Assembly (NCBI GenBank): GCA_951406725.2
Contig: OX597820.1
Span: 53,692,001 to 53,756,000 of the forward strand
From: Octopus vulgaris
Taxonomy: Eukaryota
DNA length: 64,000 nucleotides
Reading direction: 5' to 3'
The notes under the pieces were generated by a model that had not been told where the DNA came from, ran no database searches, and saw only the letters and a list, made by a program, of their open reading frames with translations. A program made the translations under genes and the position numbers. How positions within the stretch are numbered: the first letter of the stretch is position 1; each line of letters opens with the position of its first letter. Shown here one piece after another: positions 31,616 through 45,641 of this stretch.

Positions 31616-32306
31616 TTACATACTATCAATAGTACCACCAATACTAATATCACCAACAATACCACACACCATCAAAAACAATGTCACCACAATTGTCACC
31701 AGCACCAAAACCGACACCAACGGCATCAACACTACCAATGACACCATCACCCGTATCGCTGAGGCAATCATCAACAATCTCACTAGAGACACGATTACCA
31801 ATGCCACTAATACAATCAGCATACCGTCACTACGACAACCCCAGTCACAAACATCACCAATCGTTTAAACCACCTCTGACCAATCGTTTAAACCACAAAT
31901 GTCAGCAACTAACAATTTCAGAAACATTACCAGCACAGCACTGCATCTGCCACTAACAACACCAACACTACAACCACCACCAACACCACCTATGTCACCA
32001 TTACCAAGACTAAAGCCAACACTGCCAGCTTCACCACTAACAGCAACGACAAACTCTCTTTCAGCCAACGGACCGACGCAACTCTGAATAGGTGTTCGAT
32101 CAAAAAGCAATACTAGTCCTTCTCTCTCAAATTTTATTCTACACACCATACAGATGGACTGAAGACAATGGATTGCGTAGTCCTTGAGATACAACAGAAA
32201 AGAAGGAGTTGACCTTCAATAAAGCGATTACAACTTAATGAGTAAAAACTGAACAAGTAACATTCCAGCAAGTAATATTTGAACGACCTCTAACATAGCT
32301 TATACG

Positions 32307-32351
<45 letters not shown>

Positions 32352-32352
<1 letters not shown>

Positions 32353-32440
32353 TCGGTTTAAGTAGACGAGTACGAGCCATCTGTATTCACTTTTTTTGTA
32401 GCTTATGAAAGATGTCCTCGTACGAAACAATTGTACCGAG
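32352..32440 (+). ncRNA. hammerhead-ribozyme-like motif with degenerate core, flanked by (TA)n
   Basis: CTCGG...(TA)GACGA-GTACGAG...CTCGTAC-GAAAC-AATT-GTA-CCGAG: 7-bp stem II base, palindromic stem III, GUA triplet, CTCGG/CCGAG stem I. Confidence 0.55.
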
Positions 32441-32584
32441 ATTTTAATCCATTCTTGTTGCTTTTTTCCTATATATATATATATATATAGTAAATCCAAA
32501 GAAGAACAAGCACAAAGGACACAACAACGCGAGGACGCGGTACATGTTATGTATTAGCAGATGCTCAGGGAAGGAAAGAAATAT

Positions 32585-32622
32585 TGTTTAACGTTTCGAG
32601 CAGACGCTCTTCTTCGGAAACA
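32585..32622 (-). ncRNA. minimal type I hammerhead motif in a short repeat (about 32490-32700)
   Basis: Minus strand TGTTT-CCGAAGA-A-GAGC-GTCT-GCTC-GAAAC-GTT-AAACA; all three stems pair. Confidence 0.65.
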
Positions 32623-32699
32623 TAGTAAAAGTCCAACAGAAGGGAAGACGGAGGAAGAAAATCGTCAACGAATCATATGTGGTTACATTTTGAAAATCG

Positions 32700-32860
32700 T
32701 ATATATACGACGGGCTTCTTTCAGTTTCCGTCTACAAAATCCACTCACAAGGCATTGGTCGCCTCAAGGCTATAGTAGTCACTTACACAAGGTGCCACGC
32801 AGTGGGGCTGAACTCGGAACCATGGGGTTAGCAAGCAAGTTACTTACAACACAGCCACCC
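32700..32860 (-). mobile_element. family B SINE 5' part
   Basis: Reverse complement of the family B head and core. Confidence 0.85.
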
Positions 32861-33299
32861 TTATATATATGTGTGTGTGTGTCTGTGTGTGTGTGTGTGT
32901 GCGTGTGTGTGTATATAAATGCATATATATATGTATATATATATACATATATATATAAATATATATATATATATGTATGTATGTATATATATATATATGC
33001 ATGTATGTATATATAGGTATATATATATACATTCATATATATATATATAAATATATATATATGTATGTATGTATGTATATATATGCATGCATATATATAA
33101 CTGCATATATGTACATATATATATATATATGCATAAATATATATATATATATGTGCATATATGGGTATATGTAGATTTATATGCACGTATATATATATAT
33201 ATATATATATAAATATATATATATGTGCATATATGGGTATATGTAGATTTATATGCACATATATATATATATATATATATGTATATATGCACAGATACA

Positions 33300-33391
<92 letters not shown>

Positions 33392-33637
33392 TATAGAGAT
33401 TTGGCCTGAAATCACCTGACATCAAATCAAAACCTATTAAATTCCAAGATTAAAACAAAAAATTATTCTATACGAGGCTTCCCTAATATATAGACAAACG
33501 TTGAAAAAAAACAACGGTGATTTTAACTGACAGCACTCAATTATTAACATTCGTAATTGAAATGAACAAATAAACTTGAATCTTAAGTATCTATGGAATT
33601 TTGATTTACTCTCGGGTGACTTGTGGCTAACCCCGTA

Positions 33638-33677
<40 letters not shown>

Positions 33678-33747
33678 CCTGTGTATGTGTATGCATATAT
33701 ATATATGCATATATATTTATATATATATATATGCATATATATATATA

Positions 33748-33786
<39 letters not shown>

Positions 33787-33787
33787 C

Positions 33788-33829
<42 letters not shown>
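32861..33829. repeat. long (TA)n-rich microsatellite blocks
   Basis: Visible; interrupted by unique sequence at about 33395-33635. Confidence 0.85.
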
Positions 33830-33832
<3 letters not shown>

Positions 33833-34110
33833 CTGTAAATGTAATATATGACAATCATTCGGTAGCCATGATAAAACTCCGAGTTTCGGATGCCGAGGTG
33901 GAAATCCACACCGCCATCTCTTCAGTTATTCGGCCACCGGGATAGCATTTTTCCGATGGCCGATAACTGAAGAAATGGCGGTGTGGATTTCCACTTCGGC
34001 ATCCGAAACTCGGAGTTTTATCATGGCTACCGAATGATTGTCATATATTACATTTACAGATAAATTCCTCTATTTACATAATATCGAGGTCTCTTTCACT
34101 CTTTTGCTGT
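33830..34110. mobile_element. palindromic PLE terminus: about 110-bp inverted arms, each carrying a hammerhead, plus a right-side extension
   Basis: 33830-33940 is the reverse complement of 33953-34062; GATAA-CTGAAGA-(G/A)ATG...CATC-CGAAACTCGGAGTT-TTATC. Confidence 0.8.
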
Positions 34111-34202
34111 CTTACGGTCTGGCATAGTTTGTCTGGTGTTACTCACACCGGACGGGTATGTTTGATTTTTAGTACTTTCAAATCCAAATCAGAAGAAATC
34201 TA

Positions 34203-34264
34203 TGAGCTGATGAAGGAAGTGTTGATCTTTATAGTCAACTAATCCAGAAACAGGCTTGTTCTCA
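34203..34264 (+). ncRNA. type I hammerhead ribozyme motif
   Basis: TGAG-CTGATGA-A-GGA..GTTGA..TCAAC..TCC-A-GAAACAG-GC-TTGTT-CTCA; lies in a segment (about 34115-34440) that ends in (TA)n. Confidence 0.7.
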
Positions 34265-34435
34265 GGTGATCTTATATAGATGTGAATTTTCGCTATTTTT
34301 CCCTTATACCTGTGTGAGTTATTTCTGAGTATGCATTGTCTGGGAGATTTTTCTTTCAGTAGAAGAAATAGCTAAGTTTTTGGGTGCTGTTTCTAAAAGT
34401 TCAGTGTGTGGTAAAGTAAATTATTTTACTGAACC

Positions 34436-34466
<31 letters not shown>

Positions 34467-34910
34467 CGCAGCTCCTGAACAAGCTTGATTCACGCGTTCG
34501 CCACCACAACCTCGTTTAGGCTTAGCAGCTCTTCCTGTTTGTCTTCACTGTCCTCTTTTTGATACCAATTTTGACCCTCCGCAACATTCCAAATTATATT
34601 TAATTTGCTTTGTGAGAGCAACTATTTTATAGAAAGCGTATATTGTTGCTAAATGCTCGAAATACGAGGCTAGAAAAACAGCCAACAACTGATGAAGGGT
34701 CGTTCTTTATGGTGTTTGTTTTGTTTTTCATTTATGTCTTTCGTTTTTCGAAAGAATAGTTCATGTTCCATGTATTCGTGCTTCGTATTTTTTTGTTGTA
34801 CACATTTTCATGACGTCCTGTGCATATATATATATATATATACGTATAGATGTAAGAATGTACCTATACGTAAGCATATATATTCATATATTATATATAT
34901 TGTATATATA

Positions 34911-34960
<50 letters not shown>

Positions 34961-34996
34961 CATGCACACACACATATACCACACACACACACATAA

Positions 34997-35113
<117 letters not shown>

Positions 35114-35479
35114 ATACTTGTTAGTACAATTTTGGTGTGTATTGCATTCCATTACTTGATAAATGAAAAAAATGTGATCCAGTCTTTCCTGAAAAAGATG
35201 CTCACAATTGCCGCTAGGTTTTTTGTTCCTTTCTCTAAGAGAGGAATATTAATTAAGAATTTTTACCCAATGATATTCAAAAAATTACTCTTTAAATTAA
35301 TTATCCATCTTCATGAAATACTCGATGTCAAGTATTTCCGCTCACTTATTTTATTTTTATTTCTAAATTTATTATATCTTAAATTTATAGTGTATGTGTA
35401 TGCGCATATCTTTCTCTCAGGGTAAGTCATTATCTTCTCATTTACATTTAGAATGCTTCATAAAAATATGAATCGGCGT

Positions 35480-36862
35480 AGTGACGGACAGGCACTTTAC
35501 CGTAACTAACCCTTGAAGAGATAAAACGCAATGTTGACCTCGGCAGAATTTGAACTTAGAATGTAAAGAGCCGTAAATAAAATTATCCCGCCCCATAGGC
35601 ATAATTCAGCGTTCTAATCATTCCTCCACTCCACCATCTTTGGGTCTGATTCTCCAAATAATACTACATTCATTCTTGTAACAATAATTTCCAAACAAAA
35701 AAATCGGAAATCTGAAGGAATGGCTTGACTGGTACTTTATTATCCATCATTAAAGAAGTATATCCAAGTTGACCTGCGTAGGATTTCAGACCAAAGGGTA
35801 AAGAACTGGAACAAGTAATTGTTTCTAATTTAAGCAAAAGGGTAGCAATTTTTAAAGGGACAGACTCGATGTTACATTTGACTCGAGTACTTTACTGATA
35901 TTTTATTTTATTGGCCGTCGACGGATCAAAAGTTAAACTGATTAGAGCAGAATTTGAACTCAGATAGATAAGGAACCCAAATAAATCATTCTTTCTAGAA
36001 TAGGCACAAGGGCTGAAAAGTCTGGGAAAGGATTAAGTTGATTACATCGACCTAGTGTTTAACTGCTTATTTTATCGATCTCTAAATGATAAAAGACAAA
36101 GACGAGCTTAGCAGAATTTGAACTTAAGAACGTAAAGATGGACGAAATGTCGCTAAGGTTTTTACCTGGCGTGCTAACGGTTCTGTCAGCTCGTCGTCTG
36201 CACCAGATGAAATTACAAATTCAATTTTTTTGCAAGGCCAGCATGGAACAAGTAATTGTTTCTAATTTAAGCACAATGGTAGCAATTTTTAAAGGGACAG
36301 ACTCGATGTTACATTTGACTCGAGTACTTTACTGATACTTTATTTTATTGGCCGTCGACGGATCAAAAGTTAAACTAATTAGAGCAGAATTTGAACTCAG
36401 ATAGATAAAGAACCCAAATAAATCATTCTTTCTAGAATAGGCACAAGGGCTGAAAAGTCTGGGAAAGGATTAAGTTGATTACATCGACCTAGTGTTTGAC
36501 TGCTTATTTTATCGATCCCTAAATGATAAAAGACAAAGACGAGCTTGGCGGAATTTGAACTTAAGAACGTAAAGATGAACGAAATGTCGCTAAGGTTTTT
36601 ACCCAGCATGCTAACGGTTCTGTCAGCTCGTCGTCTGCACCGGAATAAATAACAGATTCAATTTTTTTGCAAGGCCAGCATTAGGAGAGTGGATAGTCGA
36701 TTAAAAAGACCCCAGTGTTCCACTGGTACTTATTGTATCGACACTGAAAAGAAGGAAAAGCAAAGTCAACCTCGGCGAAATTTGACCTCAGAACGCAAAA
36801 CCGGAAGAAAAGCCACTAAGCATTTTGTTCGACATGCTAATAGTTCAACTAGTTTGCTGCCT
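35480..36862 (-). mobile_element. cluster of degenerate family A SINE units containing a 437-bp tandem duplication
   Basis: Repeated GCAGAATTTGAACT cores; 35807-36243 is nearly identical to 36244-36680. Confidence 0.8.
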
Positions 36863-37012
36863 TAACTTGTGTAAGCGCATGTATGAGCACGTATGTATGT
36901 ATTAGTATGTATGTACATGTGAATATATGCGTTGATGCGTTTATATGTAAAAGGAAGAAACGCGTGTAGCTGCATATGAATGCGTGTATCAGTATGTGAG
37001 TGGGTGTATATG

Positions 37013-37057
<45 letters not shown>

Positions 37058-37649
37058 TTATGTGTAAAGCGAAGGAAGGGTAGATAGCAAAAGAATGAAA
37101 GAGGGGATAGCATTTAACACTAACAATACAGTGATTCTGACCAGACGCTCGTATATCGACAGATGGCTGCCACTATCAACAATAACAACAACAAACACAA
37201 CGATAGTAATAACATCAACATACCAATTACACTACTTAAATCAACATTAAAGCACAACCACAACCACAACCACAAGCGCCACCTCACATATATCCGTATC
37301 ACCTACAAGAACATCAACACTATACTCAAAAAACAACAAATGGTCAAGACCTTTAGTCGCATTGATGAAAAAAGGAAATTATATACGCGTACTAGTGCTG
37401 CTGTCGTTGCTGCGGTGGCTGCTGCTGCAGTTGTTGGTGGTGGTGCTGCATCCACGAGACGGACATCGTGTGTGTAACACACGTGCGTACGACTTCTCGC
37501 TGTTAATGACAACAATATCCAGTCTAGGGCGGTAACTGAAAACCCCTGTACAAATAAATATTATTACTAGATCTTGTTAGGATAGGGTACTGTAATGAGT
37601 GTATGTGTATATGAGTGAGCGCTTAGTTGTACGTGTATAAGAGATGATG

Positions 37650-38935
<1,286 letters not shown>

Positions 38936-39599
38936 TATATTTAATTATTTCTCCACGCATATGTATATATTTATCCTAACCATAACCATAACCCGAACCC
39001 CTACAGTTCTACTTAAATGGAACAAACGCCTGTTGTCTTCTAATACACACAATTAAACTGTTGTTATAGATTTCACTGACCTCTCACTGGCTTTGATCTA
39101 ACACCGCTTCCGTTTTAAAGAAACAGCGAAAACAAGCAAACTACGAGAATAATAACAACGAAACAGTGTCGTGGGGGAATTTGTGTAATTACTTTCTAAA
39201 GAGTTTTGTATTTATAAAAGAAATTCAAGATGTGATATGAGGAAGCGCGGAATTTGAGCTAGATGATGTGTGTATGCTTGCCAGCGTAATTGTTGTTTCA
39301 TATATTGCAATGAAGTCTGATAAGGAAGCAAAGAAATGGAGAAAGAAAATGTAAAATAATTTTCAAAGCTTTTCTCAAGAGAATTACTTCTATGGATAGT
39401 CAAAATTTTTAAATGGGCAATGAAAATGAGTCGTAAACTTCGTTGCTGGATACTTATTTTATCATGCAGACAGTCGAGCCAAATGATAGACCCTCTCAAC
39501 TGTCACCCACGCTCCTAGAAATAGAAACCAGGCTTCTCTCTAACTACACCCTACTGTCAGAAAATTTAAGAATAATGTGGTCTTAGATACACTGTAGCA

Positions 39600-39852
39600 C
39601 ATTGTTTCTGAACCATTCTTTGTCTATGGGCCCATTTGGTTCCTATTTTATTCGGATGGACCCAGCTAGCCATTCAATGTTTAAAATAATCATATCATAT
39701 TTTATAGTTAAATATTATTAGGAATTACATTTAAAAAAAACTGAAATATTTTGTGTATTAAAGACGTATAAGCAATTTATTGTACATTCATTTTAAAACA
39801 AAATCTTATATGGACCCGCAATGGTCATATGGACCCCGGATGAGAACCACTG
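39600..39852 (+). mobile_element. hAT-type MITE, uninterrupted copy
   Basis: CATTGTTTCTGAAC...GATGAGAACCACTG ends; TATGGACCC repeats; colinear with 8137-8646 once the SINE is removed. Confidence 0.75.
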
Positions 39853-40199
39853 TATACAGTATAGCTGAAAGATATACTATACGGTTGCTGTAGTAACAAC
39901 TTTGGTCGTATGTGTTAGGTCAGCACTGACATGGAATTAAATTCGTATTCAGATGAAATTTTATCACGCCAAATTTCATAAACGAGGTCGAAAGACAATG
40001 TTCATACTCTCTTCTATTTTATTAAAGGAAAATATGAACTAAGATTGCTTCAACGGAATTATTGGTCTTAAACATGGCTGCAAAAACATGACTAGTTTTT
40101 TCCTCTTTACACTTGAGTTTTTTTTAACTGCTTAATCCAATAAACTATATAGTATCACATTATCTTACTTTATACCAATGGAGTTATACACAAATAGTC

Positions 40200-41600
40200 A
40201 AAACTTCAATTGAAAGATCACTCAATACGTTTATGTAGAGAGTTACACTTATTTATTAATATATCTATTTATCAATATAATGGCAAAAGCACCTCTACAA
40301 GACTGTATCTATGAACTAGAGCATCCAGAAAATCGCTAACTTCATCCACCAGAATACTGAGGTAACAGACTACCCTAGTAAGCACCCCAACTGCAGATAC
40401 TGCACTGTCGCTGGAAACTAGGAATAACAAGATTCAAATCCTTCATTTCCACTATGTCAAACCTATGATCTCCAAATACCTGGTCCACCAGAACGTAGCA
40501 ACTGCGGATAATTCCAAGTTCAATATCCTAATAGCGGGCTTGATAAGGGTAAAGAGAAACAGGTCCCGCATGTGAAACCAAACAGAATTAGAGAGACATA
40601 TACAACACTCCATCCAACACATGCAGTTCTCTGAGTACAGCCAAAGAGACAGGATCAGGATGTACAAAGGAGCTATAAGACCATCATAGAAAATGACGCT
40701 AAAGGAATCTATCCGCTATACGCAATAATGTTTGGAGTGGCATAGAAAGAACTAAGAGGAAGGTAAGTACGACCAACTCATGGTATGACGACCAAAAATA
40801 TCAGAGTGTCATGTTCGTCGATGCTACTCCTGGAGGCGAATTAGCATATTGATTTAGGAAATACTTAGAAACCTACGCATCAAAGAAGTCGAAAGGCTTG
40901 TGAGTCTCATAAAATCCCTGATCTGTAGAACATATCTATTTGAAAGGAAACTAGAAGAATAGTCTATAGTATAAGGTGTGAAAAGTGACTGTGCAGAAAT
41001 GACGTACATTGGTGAGACAGTTCGTAGCATAGGTGAGCGGATAATTAAACACCGGCGGGTGCGCAAGGAGGAGAAAAGCTCGTCAACACTATAACCAAAA
41101 CGTTCAATAAGAATATAGAGGCTCCACACATAGAACAAACACGACACTCAGACAGTGTACGAAGTTTACACAAATAATAGAAAATTGACTGAGCCTCGAT
41201 AGAAGTCGTGAATGGCGAAATAACACACACACCCACTCCACTACATTACGCAACCTAAAGATAGAATGAGGAAGATAAAAGAACAGACAAACAAACAAAG
41301 AAGACACGAGTACAGTGTAATATACAGGCCCATATGCCCTCACACATTATACACTTACTAAACACATAGATACACACACAAATACATACATAGATGCAGG
41401 CATAAACGCATGCGCAAACAAGGATACATATCACAATACCACAGAAAGACAAAATAGAATAAACAGGACAAGAGGATACACGGGGAGCAGAAAGTCTCTG
41501 AAGAGGTCACAAAATGTTGACGAAATTACTCTAATAAATAAGCTAATGATAGTGACAATAAAACTAAAGTGTAGATCAAATAAATAGTGTGTATGTTAAT
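40200..41600 (+). mobile_element. decayed Penelope/Poseidon-type PLE (RT thumb, GIY-YIG, terminal hammerhead-like motif)
   Basis: FHYVKPMISKYLVH...KFNILIAGLIRVKRNRS (thumb-like); frameshifted IVYSIRCEK/CAEMTYIGETVRSIGERIIKH (GIY-YIG); CTGAAGAG-GTCA...TGAC-GAAA at 41498-41525. Confidence 0.7.
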
Positions 41601-42607
41601 TTGCAAAAGATGATCATCCCCTAATAATACAATACCTGCTTCAACACAATGATTTCACGTCAGTAATCTTGCAAAACAATTACACAAACGTATATTTATT
41701 TATTGTAAAAAAAAAACAAATTATTGTACATTATCTAGTTTTCTACACTAAGTTCATGGCAGTTTGCTATTCTATGCAGCCCTAGAGTTCCTAAGGATTG
41801 ACTATACTATAAAATTTTCTACACTACTTGGTCCTCTAAATGACTATAACACCAACTATCATAGTATACTTTATCTAACCTACTACATGACTATAAAATC
41901 TTGTTCATTATACTATATGTCCGCATTATCGAATCCTAAATACAGTATAAAGTTCTATACACAACAGAAAGGGCTGCAATCAACTAAATTTCTCCATACT
42001 TGACTTTAATTTTCATCATTGAATGAATCGTTACATATTAGGAATACACAAGACACATCCTATTGAGACATCCCACAAACCAATTTTTTTTTTCTTTTTT
42101 GGTGGCATGCTTTCAAATAAAATCTAATATTCCCTATCTTCACCAACCCGTTCTTTCTTTCCCGGAGAGTACATTGTTATATACCTCTTGCTTCTACATT
42201 ACTTGTGTATGATTTGATGGAGATTTTGATATGATTTCTAACCAGTTGTACGACTATATAAAAACTCTCTCGTTGACTTGACTGACTTAAGGATAGTGTA
42301 CCACAGAAGTGACAAGAATATAAAAGAAACCTCTCACAGTTTTAAGACAGAAAAATAAAAGAATTAAGACTCATGGTTGATTGTCTTCTTTGCAAATTAA
42401 TTCTCCAAAATTAAAGCGATTGTTGCTAGGCTGTTGAAAATAGTGTGGTATAAAAAAATTCTATGATTTATAGTTTGCATTACACTTCGATTCCTTATAC
42501 ATCAAGGATTCGTTTATTTTCATTAAAATTATCATTCCAGTGAGTAACAATAATTTTGATGCAGCTGAAACAAGAATACTACTTTCGATTTGAATATACG
42601 TATGTAC

Positions 42608-42760
42608 AGGCGTAGCTGTGTAGTAAGAAGCTTGCTTCCCAACCACATGGTTCCAAGTCCAGTCTCACTGCATGGCACCTTGGGCAAATAATTTCTACAT
42701 TAACCTCGAGCCGATCAAATCCTTGTAAGTAGATTTCGTAGACGGAAACTGAAAGCTCGT

Positions 42761-42762
<2 letters not shown>
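42608..42762 (+). mobile_element. family B SINE 5' part
   Basis: GGCACCTTGGGCAAAT core. Confidence 0.8.
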
Positions 42763-42796
<34 letters not shown>

Positions 42797-42799
<3 letters not shown>

Positions 42800-43480
42800 T
42801 ATGAGTTAGAGGTTATGCAACCGCCTAAGGGATAAATGAATCCGTAGGCACTACTGGTGTATTTCCTCACTATGTGTATTACTTTGCTATAAGTTTAACA
42901 GTTGTTGGTAATTTAAATGGTGAAACCGTGGTTTAATACATTCAGATAAGAAAAGAAATGGACCAGCAATTAACAATTAGAAGTTGATCATTGGTATTAA
43001 AAGGTCATAGTTTAATTGTAGTTCAAGAACATTTACAGCTGTTTCAGTTTGTTATTTCGAAGTAAACTTGCATTTATCTCGTACCATTTAATAAACTTCG
43101 TGAGGATGATTTAGAGTTTATCGGAGGAATATAGATAGGAGAAAAAGGGAAATGAAAAGAAAAAGGAAAATAGAAAAAAGTTCCATAAGTCTTTAGGCTT
43201 ACATTTTTCTGCCCTTTTTGTGTGTACGTTTCTTCAATTAGATGAATGGAGCAATAAGCGGGGGAAAGGACTAATTGACCGGCGGTGTTAGTCGAAGGAG
43301 TTATACCTAGTAGTAAAATCCTGTGTTGTTAATTGTAATATATAACGCTGTTTGTGACCGCTTCATAAGTCACTATGATTACAAATAATGCCTTTGTTAA
43401 AAAACTATCAGATTTTAGTCATCTGTGATATAACACAGCGTCCACAATACCAAGTTGGAGACCAAGTTTACATTTTGTAC
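42797..43480 (-). mobile_element. PLE terminal-repeat-like fragment with degenerate hammerhead, abutting (TA)n
   Basis: Minus strand CTCACGA-AGTTT...AAACT-GAAACAGCTGTA-AATG at about 43030-43108; same ACAGCTGT stem III as the Hydra-type element. Confidence 0.5.
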
Positions 43481-43503
43481 GAATGTGTGTGTGTGTGTGT
43501 GAA

Positions 43504-43790
43504 GGCGCATGGCTCAGTGGTTAGAGTTCTGGGTTCACTATCATGAGGTAGTGAGTTCGATTCCCGGACCGAGGTGTGTGTCGTGCTCTTGCAAGACGCT
43601 TTATTTCACGTTGCTCCAGTTCACTCAGCTGTCAAAATGAGTTGTGACGTCACTGGTGCCAAGCTGTATCGGCCTTTGCCTTTTGCTTGGATAACATCGG
43701 TGGCGTGGAGAGGGGAGGCAGATATGCATGGGTGGCTGCTGGTCTTCCATAAACAACCTTGCCTAGACTTGTGCCATGGAGAGGAACTTT
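43504..43790 (+). mobile_element. family C SINE
   Basis: Homologous to 21691-22005. Confidence 0.85.
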
Positions 43791-43979
43791 GGTTTATGTC
43801 AAACCCATGTAGAATATTTTTTTTAAGCCTAGTGCTTATTCTGTGAGTCTCATTACCCAACAGGTAAGACGGAGGATAGAAATAAACGCCAATTGTCAAG
43901 CAATGGAGTGGGTAAACATAAAGGCTAACACACACACATACTCACGCATATATATGTGTGATGTGTGTGTATATATACA

Positions 43980-44350
43980 GGCGCAGGTGTGGCTGTGTGG
44001 TAAATAGCTTTCTTACCAACCACATGATTCGTGGCGTGGCACCTTGGGCAAGAGTTTTCTACTATGGCCTCGGGTTGACCAAAACCTTGTGAGTGGATTC
44101 GATAGACAGAAACTGGAAGAAGCCTGTCGTATATATGTGTGTATGTGCGCGTGTGTGTGCGTCTGGCTTTATCCTCCTCCCCACTCAGCATCGCTTGAAA
44201 ACCGATGCTGGTGTGTATACGTCCCCGTAAACCTAGCGGTTCGGCCGAAGGGACCGATAGAATTAGTACTAGGCTTACCAAAGAATAAGTCCTAAAGGTG
44301 GTGCTCAAGCATGGCCGCACCAAATGACTGACACAAATAAAAGAATAAAA
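43980..44350 (+). mobile_element. family B SINE
   Basis: Head to tail, with small deletions. Confidence 0.88.
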
Positions 44351-44579
44351 ACTAGAATATATGTATATATATATATATATATTCAATAATATTTTCGCTG
44401 ATAGTAAACTGCAGTTTCTGCAGGATTACTCGTAACACACCTGTGTGATTGGGGAAGAATGCGAGTTCTCACTCGTCTGTATAAATTCGGAAGAGCTGGT
44501 TTTTGGATATTAGCTATGCGATGTCGCTCGGTCGAATACGTATTTAGTTATTTGTACTCTCAAGTTTACAATTGAAATA

Positions 44580-44654
44580 CTACACTGAAGGCGGAAATAA
44601 GTGATTAAAAATTTTTTAAAATTACATCACTTTAATCCAGAAACGCGTATGTGG
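44580..44654 (+). ncRNA. hammerhead-like motif in a (TA)n-flanked segment (about 44385-44840)
   Basis: CTACA-CTGAAGG-C-GGA..AAGTGAT..ATCACTT..TCC-A-GAAAC-GC-GTA-TGTGG. Confidence 0.55.
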
Positions 44655-44839
44655 TTGACCAAAGACGGGTAGATTCGTTATTTTTTTCTCTTTACCTGCG
44701 TGAATTAAGAGTATTGCTACCTGGGAAATATTTTATGGTAGAGGAATAGTATCTAACTGCTATTACAAAATTTCGGGATGTGGTGAAGCAATTTGCAGAA
44801 CCTGAAATAAAATTATGCTTATAATTATAGAATTTTTGA

Positions 44840-44922
<83 letters not shown>

Positions 44923-44925
<3 letters not shown>

Positions 44926-45591
44926 TACAAAATTAGAGAATGGAGAAACATACTTAAATCAGTAAAACATCAACTATCCGATGATACTCAATCCATACTT
45001 TAATACACCATTACATATGAGTAAAGGCAATATATAAAATGAAATGAGATATACAGTAATAGTAAAAGTAAAAAGATAAAGAGATATAAGTAAAAAATTT
45101 TAAATATAATATGCAAATAAATCAAAACTGACAGCTGTTTCGGCAGTGAGGACAGTCATACCTCATTTAACCTATAAGCCATAAAGGCAGGTATAAATGA
45201 GGCATTAACAAGGATGCCCCACGGCCTCTTCAGAGAATTAAATTAAATTTGTTATAATAGTGAAAAATATTATATAATCATATACATATAAATATAAAAA
45301 TATAAAAATGTAAAATATAAAAACTTATACATCATAATGCTACACTTATATAATATAATACACATTTGTACAAAAAGGAAGGTAAACAGAACAAAATAAA
45401 ACAAAATATATAACAGTGTATATATTAATATTATTAAGTACCGATATTATACATATTTGGCTAATAGTTTTTTTTATAAAAAAAAAAAAAAAAAAAAAAA
45501 AGGGCTAACACATATGGAGATGAAAAATAATAATTAAATCCGTGGTACAGTTCATAAAATTCTAAAGCTATAAAAGTTAATAAAAATTACT

Positions 45592-45641
<50 letters not shown>

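Noticed and set aside
31620-32090. Pro/Thr-rich mucin-like ORFs
   Set aside because: Degenerate (ACC/AAC)n low-complexity DNA with no splice or start support.
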